A stretch of DNA of 64,000 nucleotides from Rhizobiaceae bacterium (lineage in GTDB: Bacteria > Pseudomonadota > Alphaproteobacteria > Rhizobiales > Rhizobiaceae): positions 15,501-79,500 of the forward strand of contig JANQMU010000125.1 of NCBI GenBank assembly GCA_028279875.1, written 5' to 3'. The notes beneath the pieces were generated by a model that was not told where the DNA came from, ran no database searches, and saw only the letters and a program-made list of their open reading frames with translations. Below are positions 10,088-19,624 of the stretch, one piece after another. How positions within the stretch are numbered: position 1 is the stretch's first letter; each line of letters begins with the position of its first letter. The position numbers were made by a program, and so were the translations under genes.

Positions 10088-10840
10088 TCACGACCAGGAA
10101 AACCGGCTCAGCGCCCAGCGATAGAGCAGCGTCAGCAGGAGATAGGCGCCGAAGGTACAGGCGATGCTCAGCAAGGCCGCTGCCCACAGTTGCGTGATGC
10201 GGACGTTCTGAAGGGAACTGATGATGAGCACACCCAGCCCGCGTGTCGCGCCGAACCACTCTCCGAGGATTACGCCGAGAACAGCCGCCGGTGCCCCGAG
10301 CCGCAAACCGTCGATAAAGGCCGGAACGCTGAAGGGCAGGCTCAAGCGAAAGAAAGCCCTTGTGGGCGACGCCCCTAGAACCTGCGACAGGTCGGCATAG
10401 ACCGGTGGAGCAAACCGAAGGGCGCTGGTCAGGGCCACATAGATCGGGAAATAGGTCGAAAGCGCACCCAGCAGGATGGCGGTGTTGGAGTGCCCGACCA
10501 GGAGGATCAGAACCGGGCCGAACGCAATGGTCGGAACGGCATAAAGGCCCGATGCAAATGTATCGAGACCCTTTTCCGTTGCCGGCAGAATCGCGGTGAT
10601 CAGTGTCAGCAGCAATGCCGCCACGGCGCCTATCAGAAATGCCAGACATGACGCATAGACGGTGGCGTTCATCGCGCGCATCAGCAGGCCGCGGCTGCGG
10701 TCCGACCCGAATGTCGCCAGGATATCCGACAAGGCCGGAAAGGACGGTCCGAGCCAGCCAAATCGTCCGGCCAGTTCCCAGGCGGCAAGGAAAGCCAGGA
10801 AGCCGACGACATTTTTCAACATTGCATTGCTGCCGCTCAC
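10088..10840 (-). CDS. ABC transporter permease (SsuC/TauC type)
   Basis: TM helices, LGAS..LSLP, GEWFGATRGLG. Confidence 0.88.
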   Translation of the reverse strand: MSGSNAMLKNVVGFLAFLAAWELAGRFGWLGPSFPALSDILATFGSDRSRGLLMRAMNATVYASCLAFLIGAVAALLLTLITAILPATEKGLDTFASGLYAVPTIAFGPVLILLVGHSNTAILLGALSTYFPIYVALTSALRFAPPVYADLSQVLGASPTRAFFRLSLPFSVPAFIDGLRLGAPAAVLGVILGEWFGATRGLGVLIISSLQNVRITQLWAAALLSIACTFGAYLLLTLLYRWALSRFSWS

Positions 10841-11673
10841 GTGCCGCCTCCCCGGGTGCCCAAACCGCTTGCCTCGTCGAGGGCGTGCGAAACCGCCTGG
10901 ACGCGGGACACGAATGCCTGGGTATCCATCACATCCCGGTCGCGCGGCCGAGGCAGTTCGACCGGAATATCGGCATGGATCCGGCCGGGCCGGGACGACA
11001 TGACGACCACGCGGTCGGCAAGCTGGACCGCCTCGTCGACCGAGTGGGTAATCAGCAATGTCGAGGTGCCAAGGTCGGCCCAGATCCGCTGCATCTCCAG
11101 ATTCAGGAGCCGCCGTGTGACGAGATCCAGCGCCCCGAAGGGCTCGTCGAAAAGCAGCAGTTTGGGGTCCAGCATCATCGCCCGCGCGATCGCCACACGC
11201 TGACGCATGCCACCAGACAGTTGCTTGGGTCTGGCACCCAGGAATTCCCGCAGCCCGACCAGTTCGGCAAGACGTTCCATTTGGCCGCGGTCGGGCGGCA
11301 AACCCGCCAATCTCGCGGGCAGCATGATGTTTTCGGCGACCGACAGCCAGGGCAGGAGAGCGTGATCCTGAAACGCCACGCCGATTTCGTGACGCCCGGT
11401 GACGTCGGCCGGCTTGTCGCCACCGATGGATACGTCGCCGCTGTCGGGCGTTTCCAGGCCCGCAATGATCCGCAGCAGCGTCGATTTTCCACAGCCGCTG
11501 GGCCCGACAACCGCGACGAATTCACCTTCGCCGACGACAAGGCTGACGCAATCCAGCGCCTTCACCTTGCCGCCCTTGCCAAGTGAAAATGTCTTGCAGA
11601 CGTCACATGCGAGGATCGCCGCGTCGGCCGCCGGCGCCATCGGCAGCACCTGGCCCGTGGTCTGAGATTCCAT
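10837..11673 (-). CDS. ABC transporter ATP-binding protein (SsuB/TauB type)
   Basis: GPSGCGKST, LSGGMRQR, DEPFGALD, THSVDEA; start at MESQ. Confidence 0.92.
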   Translation of the reverse strand: MESQTTGQVLPMAPAADAAILACDVCKTFSLGKGGKVKALDCVSLVVGEGEFVAVVGPSGCGKSTLLRIIAGLETPDSGDVSIGGDKPADVTGRHEIGVAFQDHALLPWLSVAENIMLPARLAGLPPDRGQMERLAELVGLREFLGARPKQLSGGMRQRVAIARAMMLDPKLLLFDEPFGALDLVTRRLLNLEMQRIWADLGTSTLLITHSVDEAVQLADRVVVMSSRPGRIHADIPVELPRPRDRDVMDTQAFVSRVQAVSHALDEASGLGTRGGGT

Positions 11674-11675
11674 GC

Positions 11676-12725
11676 TTAACCCGCATACACATCTTGAAGG
11701 AGCGACATGTCGACAAATTCTTCGGGATCCTTCAGGTTCTTGAGCCCGGCCAGTTCGAGCGCTGCGTAGATCGGACCACCGAGCCGGTCGGTATTGATCC
11801 AGTAAGGCCCGTGTTCCTCGGTGTCCTTGCTTTCCAGGAACGGCAGAATCAATTCCAGCGAGCGCCGCTCCTGGACCGGGTCGAGGCCAAAATCCGCACC
11901 GTATTTGTTGACTGTCAGTTCGACCGCCGCATCGAGATCCGCACGGGCATCCATCCACCCCTGAATTTCTGCTTTGAGATATCCGACGACAAGCGCGCGA
12001 TTTTTATCCAGCCAGTTTCGCTGCGCAAACAGGAAGTTGTTATAGCCCAGCTGGCCCAGTTCATCCCAGGTGCGGTGAAAATAGTCCTGCTCGGCGACAA
12101 GGCCCTGGCGCTCAAGGACAACCGGCTGCGAGGTCGCAAAGGCCACCATCGCATCAGCGCGGCCATCCAGGAGGGGCTGGGGATCAAAACCTCCGGGAAC
12201 ATAGACGAAGTCCTTGGGCAGATCGTTGATCAGCAATGTCACTTCGACGGTCCGCACATCGGTGGGGTTCGGACACATGATGCGTTTTCCGACCATGTCT
12301 TCGGCGGTTCGGATCGGGTTCTCGGCAAGCGACAGCAGGCCGCCCGGCTGACGCTGGAAGGTGCTGCCGAAGACAACGAAATCATTGTCGCGGGCGACGG
12401 CTTCAAGGACGGGGCGCGGGTTGGCCTGCTGACCCAGCTGGACCTCGCCGCTGGCGACGCGTTCGACAGGGTTGGGCGTGTTGGGACCGCCTGGCCGCCA
12501 TTCGACATCGACGCCGTTGGCTTCGAAATATCCCTTTTCCAGACCCATCCAAAGTCCCGAAAACTGGCTGTTCGGTATCCATGACAATGTGGATGTGATC
12601 CTGTTGTTTGAGGCCGCAAGTGCTGGAACGGGCGCGAGCATCGCTCCGCCTGTCAGTGCCAGGCCCGTTTTCAAAAAGGAACGGCGCGTCGTTCCCTGTG
12701 CCTTCATGTTCCTGCTTCTTGTCAT
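11676..12725 (-). CDS. ABC substrate-binding protein, NMT1/THI5-like, Tat signal
   Basis: TRRSFLK twin-arginine leader, LSWIPNSQFSG..KGYF..GVDV..PGGP; GGGAG RBS. Confidence 0.85.
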   Translation of the reverse strand: MTRSRNMKAQGTTRRSFLKTGLALTGGAMLAPVPALAASNNRITSTLSWIPNSQFSGLWMGLEKGYFEANGVDVEWRPGGPNTPNPVERVASGEVQLGQQANPRPVLEAVARDNDFVVFGSTFQRQPGGLLSLAENPIRTAEDMVGKRIMCPNPTDVRTVEVTLLINDLPKDFVYVPGGFDPQPLLDGRADAMVAFATSQPVVLERQGLVAEQDYFHRTWDELGQLGYNNFLFAQRNWLDKNRALVVGYLKAEIQGWMDARADLDAAVELTVNKYGADFGLDPVQERRSLELILPFLESKDTEEHGPYWINTDRLGGPIYAALELAGLKNLKDPEEFVDMSLLQDVYAG

Positions 12726-12821
12726 TTCCAACTCCCTATCAAATCGAACGGTCGTCCGGGAGGAAGCGGACTTCCGCTTGCCAACCGGATCGAACCAAAC
12801 AATTCGGAGTTTAGGGTTGTT

Positions 12822-12859
12822 TGTTCTATTTTGTCAAGTTATAGTCTCAAAATAGAACA
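12822..12859. promoter_or_regulatory. Inverted repeat in divergent promoter region, candidate IclR operator(s)
   Basis: TGTTCTATTTTG-N14-CAAAATAGAACA, perfect 12-bp arms. Confidence 0.6.
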
Positions 12860-12891
12860 TTATCTGCACGACAGGCGCTCAAGGATACTTC

Positions 12892-13695
12892 ATGAACTGG
12901 ACAACCGCGTTACCAAGCCCCCATGACGAAGAGCGCGCCAAGGCGCGGGCAATTCGGTGTTTGCCGGGTGAAATCGCACCTCTGGTTTTGCTGCCCGGCG
13001 ACCCCGACCGGGCAAGGATGATCAGCGAAAAATGGCTGGACGACGGAAAGCCCGTCATGCTGAACCGCGAATTTCACAGCTATCGCGGCGGTTACAAAGG
13101 TATCGACGTTTCGGTTGTCTCAACCGGCCTTGGGAGCCCCGGTGCCGCGATGGTCGTGCAGGATCTCGCACTTCTGGGCGCCGAGGCGGCAATTCGCGTC
13201 GGAACCGCGGGGGCCGGCAAGGACAGTGTCGCGCCAGGAGACCTGGTGATTGCGACCGGCGCGGTCCGGGACGAGGGCTTGAGCCGGCACATTGTCGATA
13301 TTTCCTTTCCGGCGGTGCCGGACGCCGACCTTGCCGACGCACTCTACGGCGCCACACGGAAACTGGGTTTCGACCGCGTCCATCGCGGTGTGGTTCACAC
13401 CAGTGACGCGTTTCAGAGCCCGATCACCAAGGCGCAGCTGCCGCGCCTGATCGATGCCGGTGTCCTGGCCTTTGAAATGGAGGCGTCGGCGGTCTTCATC
13501 AAGGCGGCGTCGCTCAGGCTTCCGGCCGCCTGCATCCTGGCGATCGACGGATATGTCCGCCATGTGCAGTCGCATGACGTCACTCCCGACTTCAAGGCCC
13601 GCGACACGGCTATTCAGCATATGACCGCCGCGGCCCTGGACGCCCTGGTGGCGTTTTCCGATCAACGCAGAAGAAACAATCCTGAGGGGGGCTGA
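12892..13695 (+). CDS. Nucleoside phosphorylase (uridine phosphorylase/DeoD-type NP-I family)
   Basis: LPGDPDRA, STGLGSP, RVGTAG, AVRDEG, TSDAF, EMEAS motifs. Confidence 0.88.
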   Translation: MNWTTALPSPHDEERAKARAIRCLPGEIAPLVLLPGDPDRARMISEKWLDDGKPVMLNREFHSYRGGYKGIDVSVVSTGLGSPGAAMVVQDLALLGAEAAIRVGTAGAGKDSVAPGDLVIATGAVRDEGLSRHIVDISFPAVPDADLADALYGATRKLGFDRVHRGVVHTSDAFQSPITKAQLPRLIDAGVLAFEMEASAVFIKAASLRLPAACILAIDGYVRHVQSHDVTPDFKARDTAIQHMTAAALDALVAFSDQRRRNNPEGG

Positions 13696-13699
13696 GGCA

Positions 13700-14185
13700 A
13701 TGAAGAACCTTGATGATCTGAACATCGACCAACTGATCGAGATATTCGGCCTCCGACCGCAGGAAGATGGCGAGGGCACGATGATCACCCAAAATCTGTG
13801 CGACCGGTACGGCACCGCAATCGTTGCCCTGACCGGCGGCGCCCATTTTTCCGCCCTGCACACGCTCGACAGCACCGAGGTTTATCACATGTATGCCGGC
13901 GCGCCCCGGCGGATGCTGCTTCTCTACCCCGACGGCCGGTGGGAAAAGCCCGTGCTGGGGCATGATTTTGCCGCCGGACAGGTGCCGCAACTGGTGGTGC
14001 CGGCCGGCGTGTGGCAGGGCAGCCGCAGCGATGGCCCCTGGTCCCTGACCGGCGCAACGATGGCGCCTGGATACCGCTCGGACGGTTTTAGATTTCCGGA
14101 TATCGAAAAGCTCGTGCGGCGCTACCCCGAGGCGGAAGATTCGATTCGAGACCTTGCGCCCATCGGAGGGCATGCCGATGCCTGA
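13700..14185 (+). CDS. Cupin, DUF985/Cupin_5 family
   Basis: GTAI..FSALH..EVYHMYAGAP..PQLVVPAGVWQG..WSLTGATMAPG pattern. Confidence 0.82.
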   Translation: MKNLDDLNIDQLIEIFGLRPQEDGEGTMITQNLCDRYGTAIVALTGGAHFSALHTLDSTEVYHMYAGAPRRMLLLYPDGRWEKPVLGHDFAAGQVPQLVVPAGVWQGSRSDGPWSLTGATMAPGYRSDGFRFPDIEKLVRRYPEAEDSIRDLAPIGGHADA

Positions 14186-14945
14186 CAAGACGGGATCGAA
14201 CACTGCCCTGGACGGAAAGGTCGCCATCGTGACCGGCTCCAGCAGGGGGATCGGGCGGGCCATTGCCCAAAGATTGCATGGAGCAGGCGCCAGCGTCATT
14301 CTGAATGGCCGTACTCGCAATCCTCACGATCAACCGCCCGGCCTCCCGCCGAATGCCGAACGATTGCATTATTTTTCCGGTGATCTCAATCAGCCAAACG
14401 GGCCGCAGGATATTGTCGATAGCGCCCTGTCCGCATTCGGCCGGCTCGACATCCTCATCAACAACGCCGCTCTGCAGCGTTTCGGCGGCATAGCCGACAT
14501 ATCCCGCGACGATCTCATGGAGTCCCTTGAAACCAATGTCGCGACGCTGGCGCGTCTCACACAAACAGCTGCCGCCGCGATGAATACGGATGCCGGTGGC
14601 GCTGTCGTCAACATCGCCTCAACGCGGGCGCTGCGGCCGGGCGCCGGCATGGCAGCCTATTCCGCCAGCAAGGCGGCGGTGGTCAGTCTCACCCGGTCCG
14701 CGGCGGCGGAATTCGGGTCGAAGGGTATCCGCGTCAACGCCGTTTCACCCGGCCTCGTGAACCGTCCCGGCCTGAGGGACGACTGGCCGGACGGTGTCGC
14801 CGCATTCGAAGACAACGCGCCGCTGGGCCGGATCGGAGAGCCGGAGGACATTGCCGATGCCTGCCTGTTTCTCGCCGGTCCGCAGGCCGCCTGGATCACC
14901 GGCCACAACCTGGTTGTCGATGGCGGCGTGACGCTGATGCGATGA
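14178..14945 (+). CDS. Short-chain dehydrogenase/reductase
   Basis: TGSSRGIG, NNAA, YSASK, RVNAVSPG, ITG..VDGG; GGAGGG RBS. Confidence 0.92.
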   Translation: MPDKTGSNTALDGKVAIVTGSSRGIGRAIAQRLHGAGASVILNGRTRNPHDQPPGLPPNAERLHYFSGDLNQPNGPQDIVDSALSAFGRLDILINNAALQRFGGIADISRDDLMESLETNVATLARLTQTAAAAMNTDAGGAVVNIASTRALRPGAGMAAYSASKAAVVSLTRSAAAEFGSKGIRVNAVSPGLVNRPGLRDDWPDGVAAFEDNAPLGRIGEPEDIADACLFLAGPQAAWITGHNLVVDGGVTLMR

Positions 14946-14972
14946 CCCCGGGTGCAAGCGGAGACCAAAACC

Positions 14973-16025
14973 ATGACCCACGACGTCGCCATGCCGACGC
15001 TCCATTCGCAGAGCGTCCTGTTGAGGGACGATGGCGTCCATATTCTCGACCGCCGTGTCTTTCCGTTCGAAAAGCGCTTTGTCGCGTGCCGAACCCTTGA
15101 TGCTGTGGCCGAAGCCATCGAAGCCATGGTAACGCAGAGCAACGGACCGTACTTTGCGGCCGGTGGCGGCATGGTTCTGGCGGCCCGGGCGGCGCAGGGG
15201 CTGGCGCCGGCAAAGCGCATGGGCCGCCTCCAGGCCGCGGCGGACCGGCTTGCCCGGACCCGGCCGACAAACAACAATATCGCGACCGCCGTCGGCCGGG
15301 TCCTTCGACATTGCGAGGAGACGCAATGCGACGGCTCCGCCTTTGCAGCCGACATCGAAGCGGTTGTCCGGGACGGCTGGAGCCGGCGTCGCGAGGCTGT
15401 TCGAGACGTTGGCCGCAATGCCGCCTCCGTCATCGCCGACGGCGCGGGTCTCATGACCTATTGCTGGTCGGAAGGGGCGATCATGGAAACGCTGGCCTGC
15501 CTGTTGCGGGACGGAAAGTCGGTTACGCTTTACTGCCCGGAAACAAGGCCCTATCTGCAGGGCGCGCGCCTGACCGCGCACAGCGCCGCGGAAATGGGGG
15601 TCGACGCGGTCGTCATGACCGACGGCATGGGCGCGCATGCCATGGCCGAAGGCCGCGTGACGATGCTGATGACGGCGGCGGACCGGGTGACGATGTCCGG
15701 CCATGTGATCAACAAGGTCGGGACGCTGCAATCGGCCATCGCCGCCCGCCACTTCCGCATCCCCTATTTCGCGACCGTTCTGAAGCCGGACATCAGGGCG
15801 CCGACGCCGGACAGTGTCGAGATGGAGGAACGCGACCCCAACGAGGCGCTGCATTGTCTCGGGCAACGAACGGCAAGCCCGCTGGCGCGCGGCTGGTATC
15901 CGGCTTTTGACGTCACCCCGCCGGAGCTGGTCTCCGGCATCGCCACCAAAGACGGCGTCTTTCCCGCAGCGGCCCTGGCAGCGACGCTCCGGCCCGACCC
16001 GCAGGACCGGAATTCAGCACAATGA
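14973..16025 (+). CDS. mtnA: Divergent methylthioribose-1-phosphate isomerase-like protein (eIF2B/MtnA family)
   Basis: ILDRRVFP, RPT, ETRPYLQGARLTA, NKVGT, PAFDVTPPELVSGIAT; N-terminal active-site motifs are altered. Confidence 0.8.
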   Translation: MTHDVAMPTLHSQSVLLRDDGVHILDRRVFPFEKRFVACRTLDAVAEAIEAMVTQSNGPYFAAGGGMVLAARAAQGLAPAKRMGRLQAAADRLARTRPTNNNIATAVGRVLRHCEETQCDGSAFAADIEAVVRDGWSRRREAVRDVGRNAASVIADGAGLMTYCWSEGAIMETLACLLRDGKSVTLYCPETRPYLQGARLTAHSAAEMGVDAVVMTDGMGAHAMAEGRVTMLMTAADRVTMSGHVINKVGTLQSAIAARHFRIPYFATVLKPDIRAPTPDSVEMEERDPNEALHCLGQRTASPLARGWYPAFDVTPPELVSGIATKDGVFPAAALAATLRPDPQDRNSAQ

Positions 16026-16675
16026 CCGACGAAAAGGCCTTGCGGGCCGACATCATCGCGACGGCGCGGGCCATGCAGGCCAGGAACCTGATCAAGGGCA
16101 CCTCCGGCAATGTCAGCGCGCGGCACGGGGACGGGTTTTTGATCACGCCGACCGGTGTGCCCTATGACGGGCTGGCGCCGGATCAGATTGTGCGGATGAA
16201 TCGGGACGGCCGGTGCGACGGCGATCTCCTGCCGTCAAGCGAATGGCGTTTTCACCGGGCCATTCTTGCGGCCTTTCCGCATTTCAACGCGGTCGTCCAC
16301 ACCCACTCGCCCTATGCGACCGCCGTCGCGGTTCTCGGGCGCGACATTCCGGCGATTCACTACCGCATCGCCGTCGCCGGTGGCGCGACGGTCCCCTGTA
16401 TTCCCTATGCGACGTTCGGCACCGCCGAACTGGCGGAAAAAATCGTCGTCGCCATGGCCGAGCGCCGCGGCTGCCTGCTTGCCCATCATGGCGTGGTCGC
16501 AGCTCACGACACGCTTGCTGGAGCGTTGAACGTTGCCGAGACCATCGAAGAAATGGCGCAGCTCTACATTCTAAGCCACGGCGTGGCGCCGCCACCGGTG
16601 CTCACCGACGAGGACATCGCCATCGTGCTCGACAAACACAAGACCTATGGCCAGCAGCCGATGCGGAACGGATAA
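16022..16675 (+). CDS. Class II aldolase (FucA/Ald2-like)
   Basis: GTSGNVS, ITPTG, PSSEWRFH, VHTHSPYAT, HHG Zn ligands; ATGA overlap with upstream gene. Confidence 0.9.
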   Translation: MTDEKALRADIIATARAMQARNLIKGTSGNVSARHGDGFLITPTGVPYDGLAPDQIVRMNRDGRCDGDLLPSSEWRFHRAILAAFPHFNAVVHTHSPYATAVAVLGRDIPAIHYRIAVAGGATVPCIPYATFGTAELAEKIVVAMAERRGCLLAHHGVVAAHDTLAGALNVAETIEEMAQLYILSHGVAPPPVLTDEDIAIVLDKHKTYGQQPMRNG

Positions 16676-16749
16676 TGGCGGCATGAACATTTACCCGTGA
16701 ACGGACTCTTGTTATCAGGGGCCATCAGGGATCAGGCAATGCGGCAGGC

Positions 16750-18099
16750 ATGAAACCAGAATCCCGCCGTGCCGCCTTTTCGGGGATCAATGTGAGTCAG
16801 CTTTCCGGGTCAAGCCAGTTTTTCTGGCGTCATTATCACGGCAGCGACGCGCGATCCTCAACCCGCTGGATGATCGCGGTGTTCGCCATGCTGGTCCTGT
16901 TTCCCGGCGTCGGCAGTGGCGGGTCGGCCCTGTTCATCGGCATATGGCTCTTTTCGCTGCCCTATTGGCTGTTCGACCGCGACACAAGGGCGCTCAATCG
17001 CAGCGAAATCACGCTGCTGGCCGTGTGTGCGATCTACTTCCTGATCATGGCCGGTTTTGCAGTGGTGCACACCGTCCGGCTCGGTCACTCGCCGGGCTTC
17101 GGCGCGGTCTATTCCAACCTGCCCTTCCTGCTGTTCGGTCCGGTTCTGCCCGTTCTGCGCCGCGCCGCACGGCCCGATTGGGTGCCGATGATCTTTGCCG
17201 GCATCGCCTGCGGCGCCATCCTGGCCGCGGCGATCGTGACGGTCGGCGCCGCCTTTTTTCCGGAAGTCGGCCGCAAGGCGCTCAGCGGCAATCCACTGGT
17301 TCTGGCGCTGGGAGCCCTGGTTTCGGGCCTGCTGAGCGTCCATGGCGCGTTCTTCTTTCGCGGAAGGATGCGCTGGCTGATGGCCGTCGGCGCCGTGGCG
17401 TCTCTCTACGCGCTTTTGATCAGCGGCAGCCGCGGCCCCGTCATCGCCTATGGTGCCGCCGTAACTCTTTACGCGGTGATCATGGGATACCGACATTTCG
17501 GCCTGCGCTGGATGCTCAGCCGGGGGGCGGTGTGGCTGGTGCTGGTATGCGCCATGGTCGTGGCGCTGGTCAGATATGATCCGGTGATCGGGGAGCGCTA
17601 CGGCGCCGCCGTCAAACGCCTGGCGAATCCGTCCGACACCAGCATCGAGGAAAGCAGCGTCAGCACTCGGCTCGTGCTGTATGGTGCCGGTCTCACGGCA
17701 TTCCTTGAGCGCCCGCTGACCGGCCATGGACGACAGAACGCTGTCCAGGCCGCCAAGGATCGAAGCCATGGCGCGGCCGATCATCATTTTCTGTTCTCCC
17801 ATCTGCACAGCGGATATCTGACCGATCTCGTCGCCTCCGGTGTGCTCGGGCTTTTGTCCCTTCTGGCCGTGCTGCTGGTACCCATTGCCCTGGTCTGGAA
17901 CGCACGGCCAGTCGTGTTCGGCGGCGCCCTGTGTGTTGCGCTCGCCTATGTCTTCTACGGCGCCACCAATCTGCTGTTTTATCATGACGTGGTGACGCTG
18001 CTGTTCCTGTCAATGCTGTGCATTTTCAACGCGCTGTCGGCGCTGCGCATGGATGTTGAATCCTCGCAACCGCGCACGGCCGACGGGGGCGGGTCATGA
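16750..18099 (+). CDS. O-antigen ligase (Wzy_C/WaaL-like) family membrane protein
   Basis: Many TM helices, SGSRG, S...R..LY, PLTGHG, HLHSGYL...GVLG. Confidence 0.8.
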   Translation: MKPESRRAAFSGINVSQLSGSSQFFWRHYHGSDARSSTRWMIAVFAMLVLFPGVGSGGSALFIGIWLFSLPYWLFDRDTRALNRSEITLLAVCAIYFLIMAGFAVVHTVRLGHSPGFGAVYSNLPFLLFGPVLPVLRRAARPDWVPMIFAGIACGAILAAAIVTVGAAFFPEVGRKALSGNPLVLALGALVSGLLSVHGAFFFRGRMRWLMAVGAVASLYALLISGSRGPVIAYGAAVTLYAVIMGYRHFGLRWMLSRGAVWLVLVCAMVVALVRYDPVIGERYGAAVKRLANPSDTSIEESSVSTRLVLYGAGLTAFLERPLTGHGRQNAVQAAKDRSHGAADHHFLFSHLHSGYLTDLVASGVLGLLSLLAVLLVPIALVWNARPVVFGGALCVALAYVFYGATNLLFYHDVVTLLFLSMLCIFNALSALRMDVESSQPRTADGGGS

Positions 18100-18256
18100 A
18101 CCGGTTGCGGGGAAGCGCAGCATCGGACCGGCTGAAGCGGATCGGCATCGGCCATAGCCGGCAAGGGCCGCCTCGGATTCGGTTCGCGACAAGATTGCGC
18201 GCCCATGATCAATTCGTTATGCATCTCGCGCCAGCGTCCCACCAAAAGGCGAATTC

Positions 18257-19585
18257 GTGAAGATATCAGTGTTAGGCTGCGGCTATGTCGGTCTCGTTTC
18301 CGGTGCGTGTTTCGCCGATTTCGGCGACACCGTCCTGTGCGCCGATCTTGACGAAACCCGGATCGCGGCCTTGGAGCGCGGTGACATACCGATCTTCGAA
18401 CCCGGCCTCGAACAGATCGTTGCGTCCAACACGCAGAGCGGACGCCTTTCCTTCACGACGGACGTGCCGCGCGCAGTCCGGGAGGCCGATGTGGTGTTCA
18501 TCGCGGTCGGCACGCCGACGCGCCGCGGCGACGGTCACGCCGATCTGTCCTATGTCTACGCCGTCGCCGAGACGATCTCGAAATCACTCACCGGCTATAC
18601 GGTCATTGTCACCAAATCGACAGTGCCCGTCGGAACCGGAGACGAAGTCGAGCGAATCGTTCGCCAGGGCAATCCGGATGCCGATTTTTCGGTGGTGTCC
18701 AATCCCGAATTCCTGCGCGAAGGCGCTGCCATCGAGGACTTCAAACGGCCCGACCGGATCGTCGTCGGCACCGATGATCCGCGGGCGCGCGATGTGATGA
18801 CGGAAGTCTATCGTCCGCTCTTTCTCAACCGGTCGCCGCTGCTGTTCGTCTCCCGCCGCACGGCGGAACTGACGAAATACGCGTCGAACGGATTTCTGGC
18901 GATGAAAATCACCTTCATCAACGAACTGGCCGATCTGTGCGAAGCGGTCGGCGCGGATGTGCAGGATGTGGCGCGTGGCATCGGTCTGGACAATCGCATC
19001 GGGCCGAAATTCCTCAATGCCGGACCGGGCTTCGGCGGGTCGTGTTTTCCCAAGGATGCCCTGGCGCTGGTTAAAACCGCACAGGATTATGACAGCCCGG
19101 TACGGCTCGTCGAGACGACGGTCAGTATCAATGACAATCGCAAACGCACCATGGCGCAAAAGATCATTGCCGCATGCGGCGGCGATGTGAGCGGCCGGAC
19201 GATTGCTCTTCTCGGGCTGACATTCAAGCCCAATACCGATGACATGCGCGAGGCGCCTTCGATCGCAATCGTCCAGGCGCTGCAAGCGGGCGGCGCGACG
19301 ATCAGGGCTTTCGATCCCCAGGGCATGCAGGCTGCGGCGGCCTTGTTTGACGGGGTTCACTATGCTGAGGACGCCTATGATGCCGCCGATGGCGCGGACG
19401 CCGTTGTCATCGTCACGGAATGGGAGCTCTTTCGAGCGCTCGATCTCGCGCGCATCAAAGAACTGCTCAGAACGCCGGTCATGATCGACCTGCGCAACAT
19501 CTATCGCCCGTCGGAAATGAAGCAACTGGGCTTCTATTATTCGAGCATCGGCCGCCCGAACGACGCTCATGGCCGATCAACATGA
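18257..19585 (+). CDS. ugd: UDP-glucose 6-dehydrogenase
   Basis: GCGYVGL, KSTVPVGT, NPEFLREG, GFGGSCFPKD, FKPNTDDMRE. Confidence 0.95.
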   Translation: MKISVLGCGYVGLVSGACFADFGDTVLCADLDETRIAALERGDIPIFEPGLEQIVASNTQSGRLSFTTDVPRAVREADVVFIAVGTPTRRGDGHADLSYVYAVAETISKSLTGYTVIVTKSTVPVGTGDEVERIVRQGNPDADFSVVSNPEFLREGAAIEDFKRPDRIVVGTDDPRARDVMTEVYRPLFLNRSPLLFVSRRTAELTKYASNGFLAMKITFINELADLCEAVGADVQDVARGIGLDNRIGPKFLNAGPGFGGSCFPKDALALVKTAQDYDSPVRLVETTVSINDNRKRTMAQKIIAACGGDVSGRTIALLGLTFKPNTDDMREAPSIAIVQALQAGGATIRAFDPQGMQAAAALFDGVHYAEDAYDAADGADAVVIVTEWELFRALDLARIKELLRTPVMIDLRNIYRPSEMKQLGFYYSSIGRPNDAHGRST

Positions 19586-19624
19586 ACAACGGAAACTGAA
19601 AAGCACTGAGTAGGAAGAGCGTTA

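Noticed and set aside
16714-16736. Three ATCAGG direct repeats upstream of the ligase gene
   Set aside because: Too short and unevenly spaced to separate from chance.
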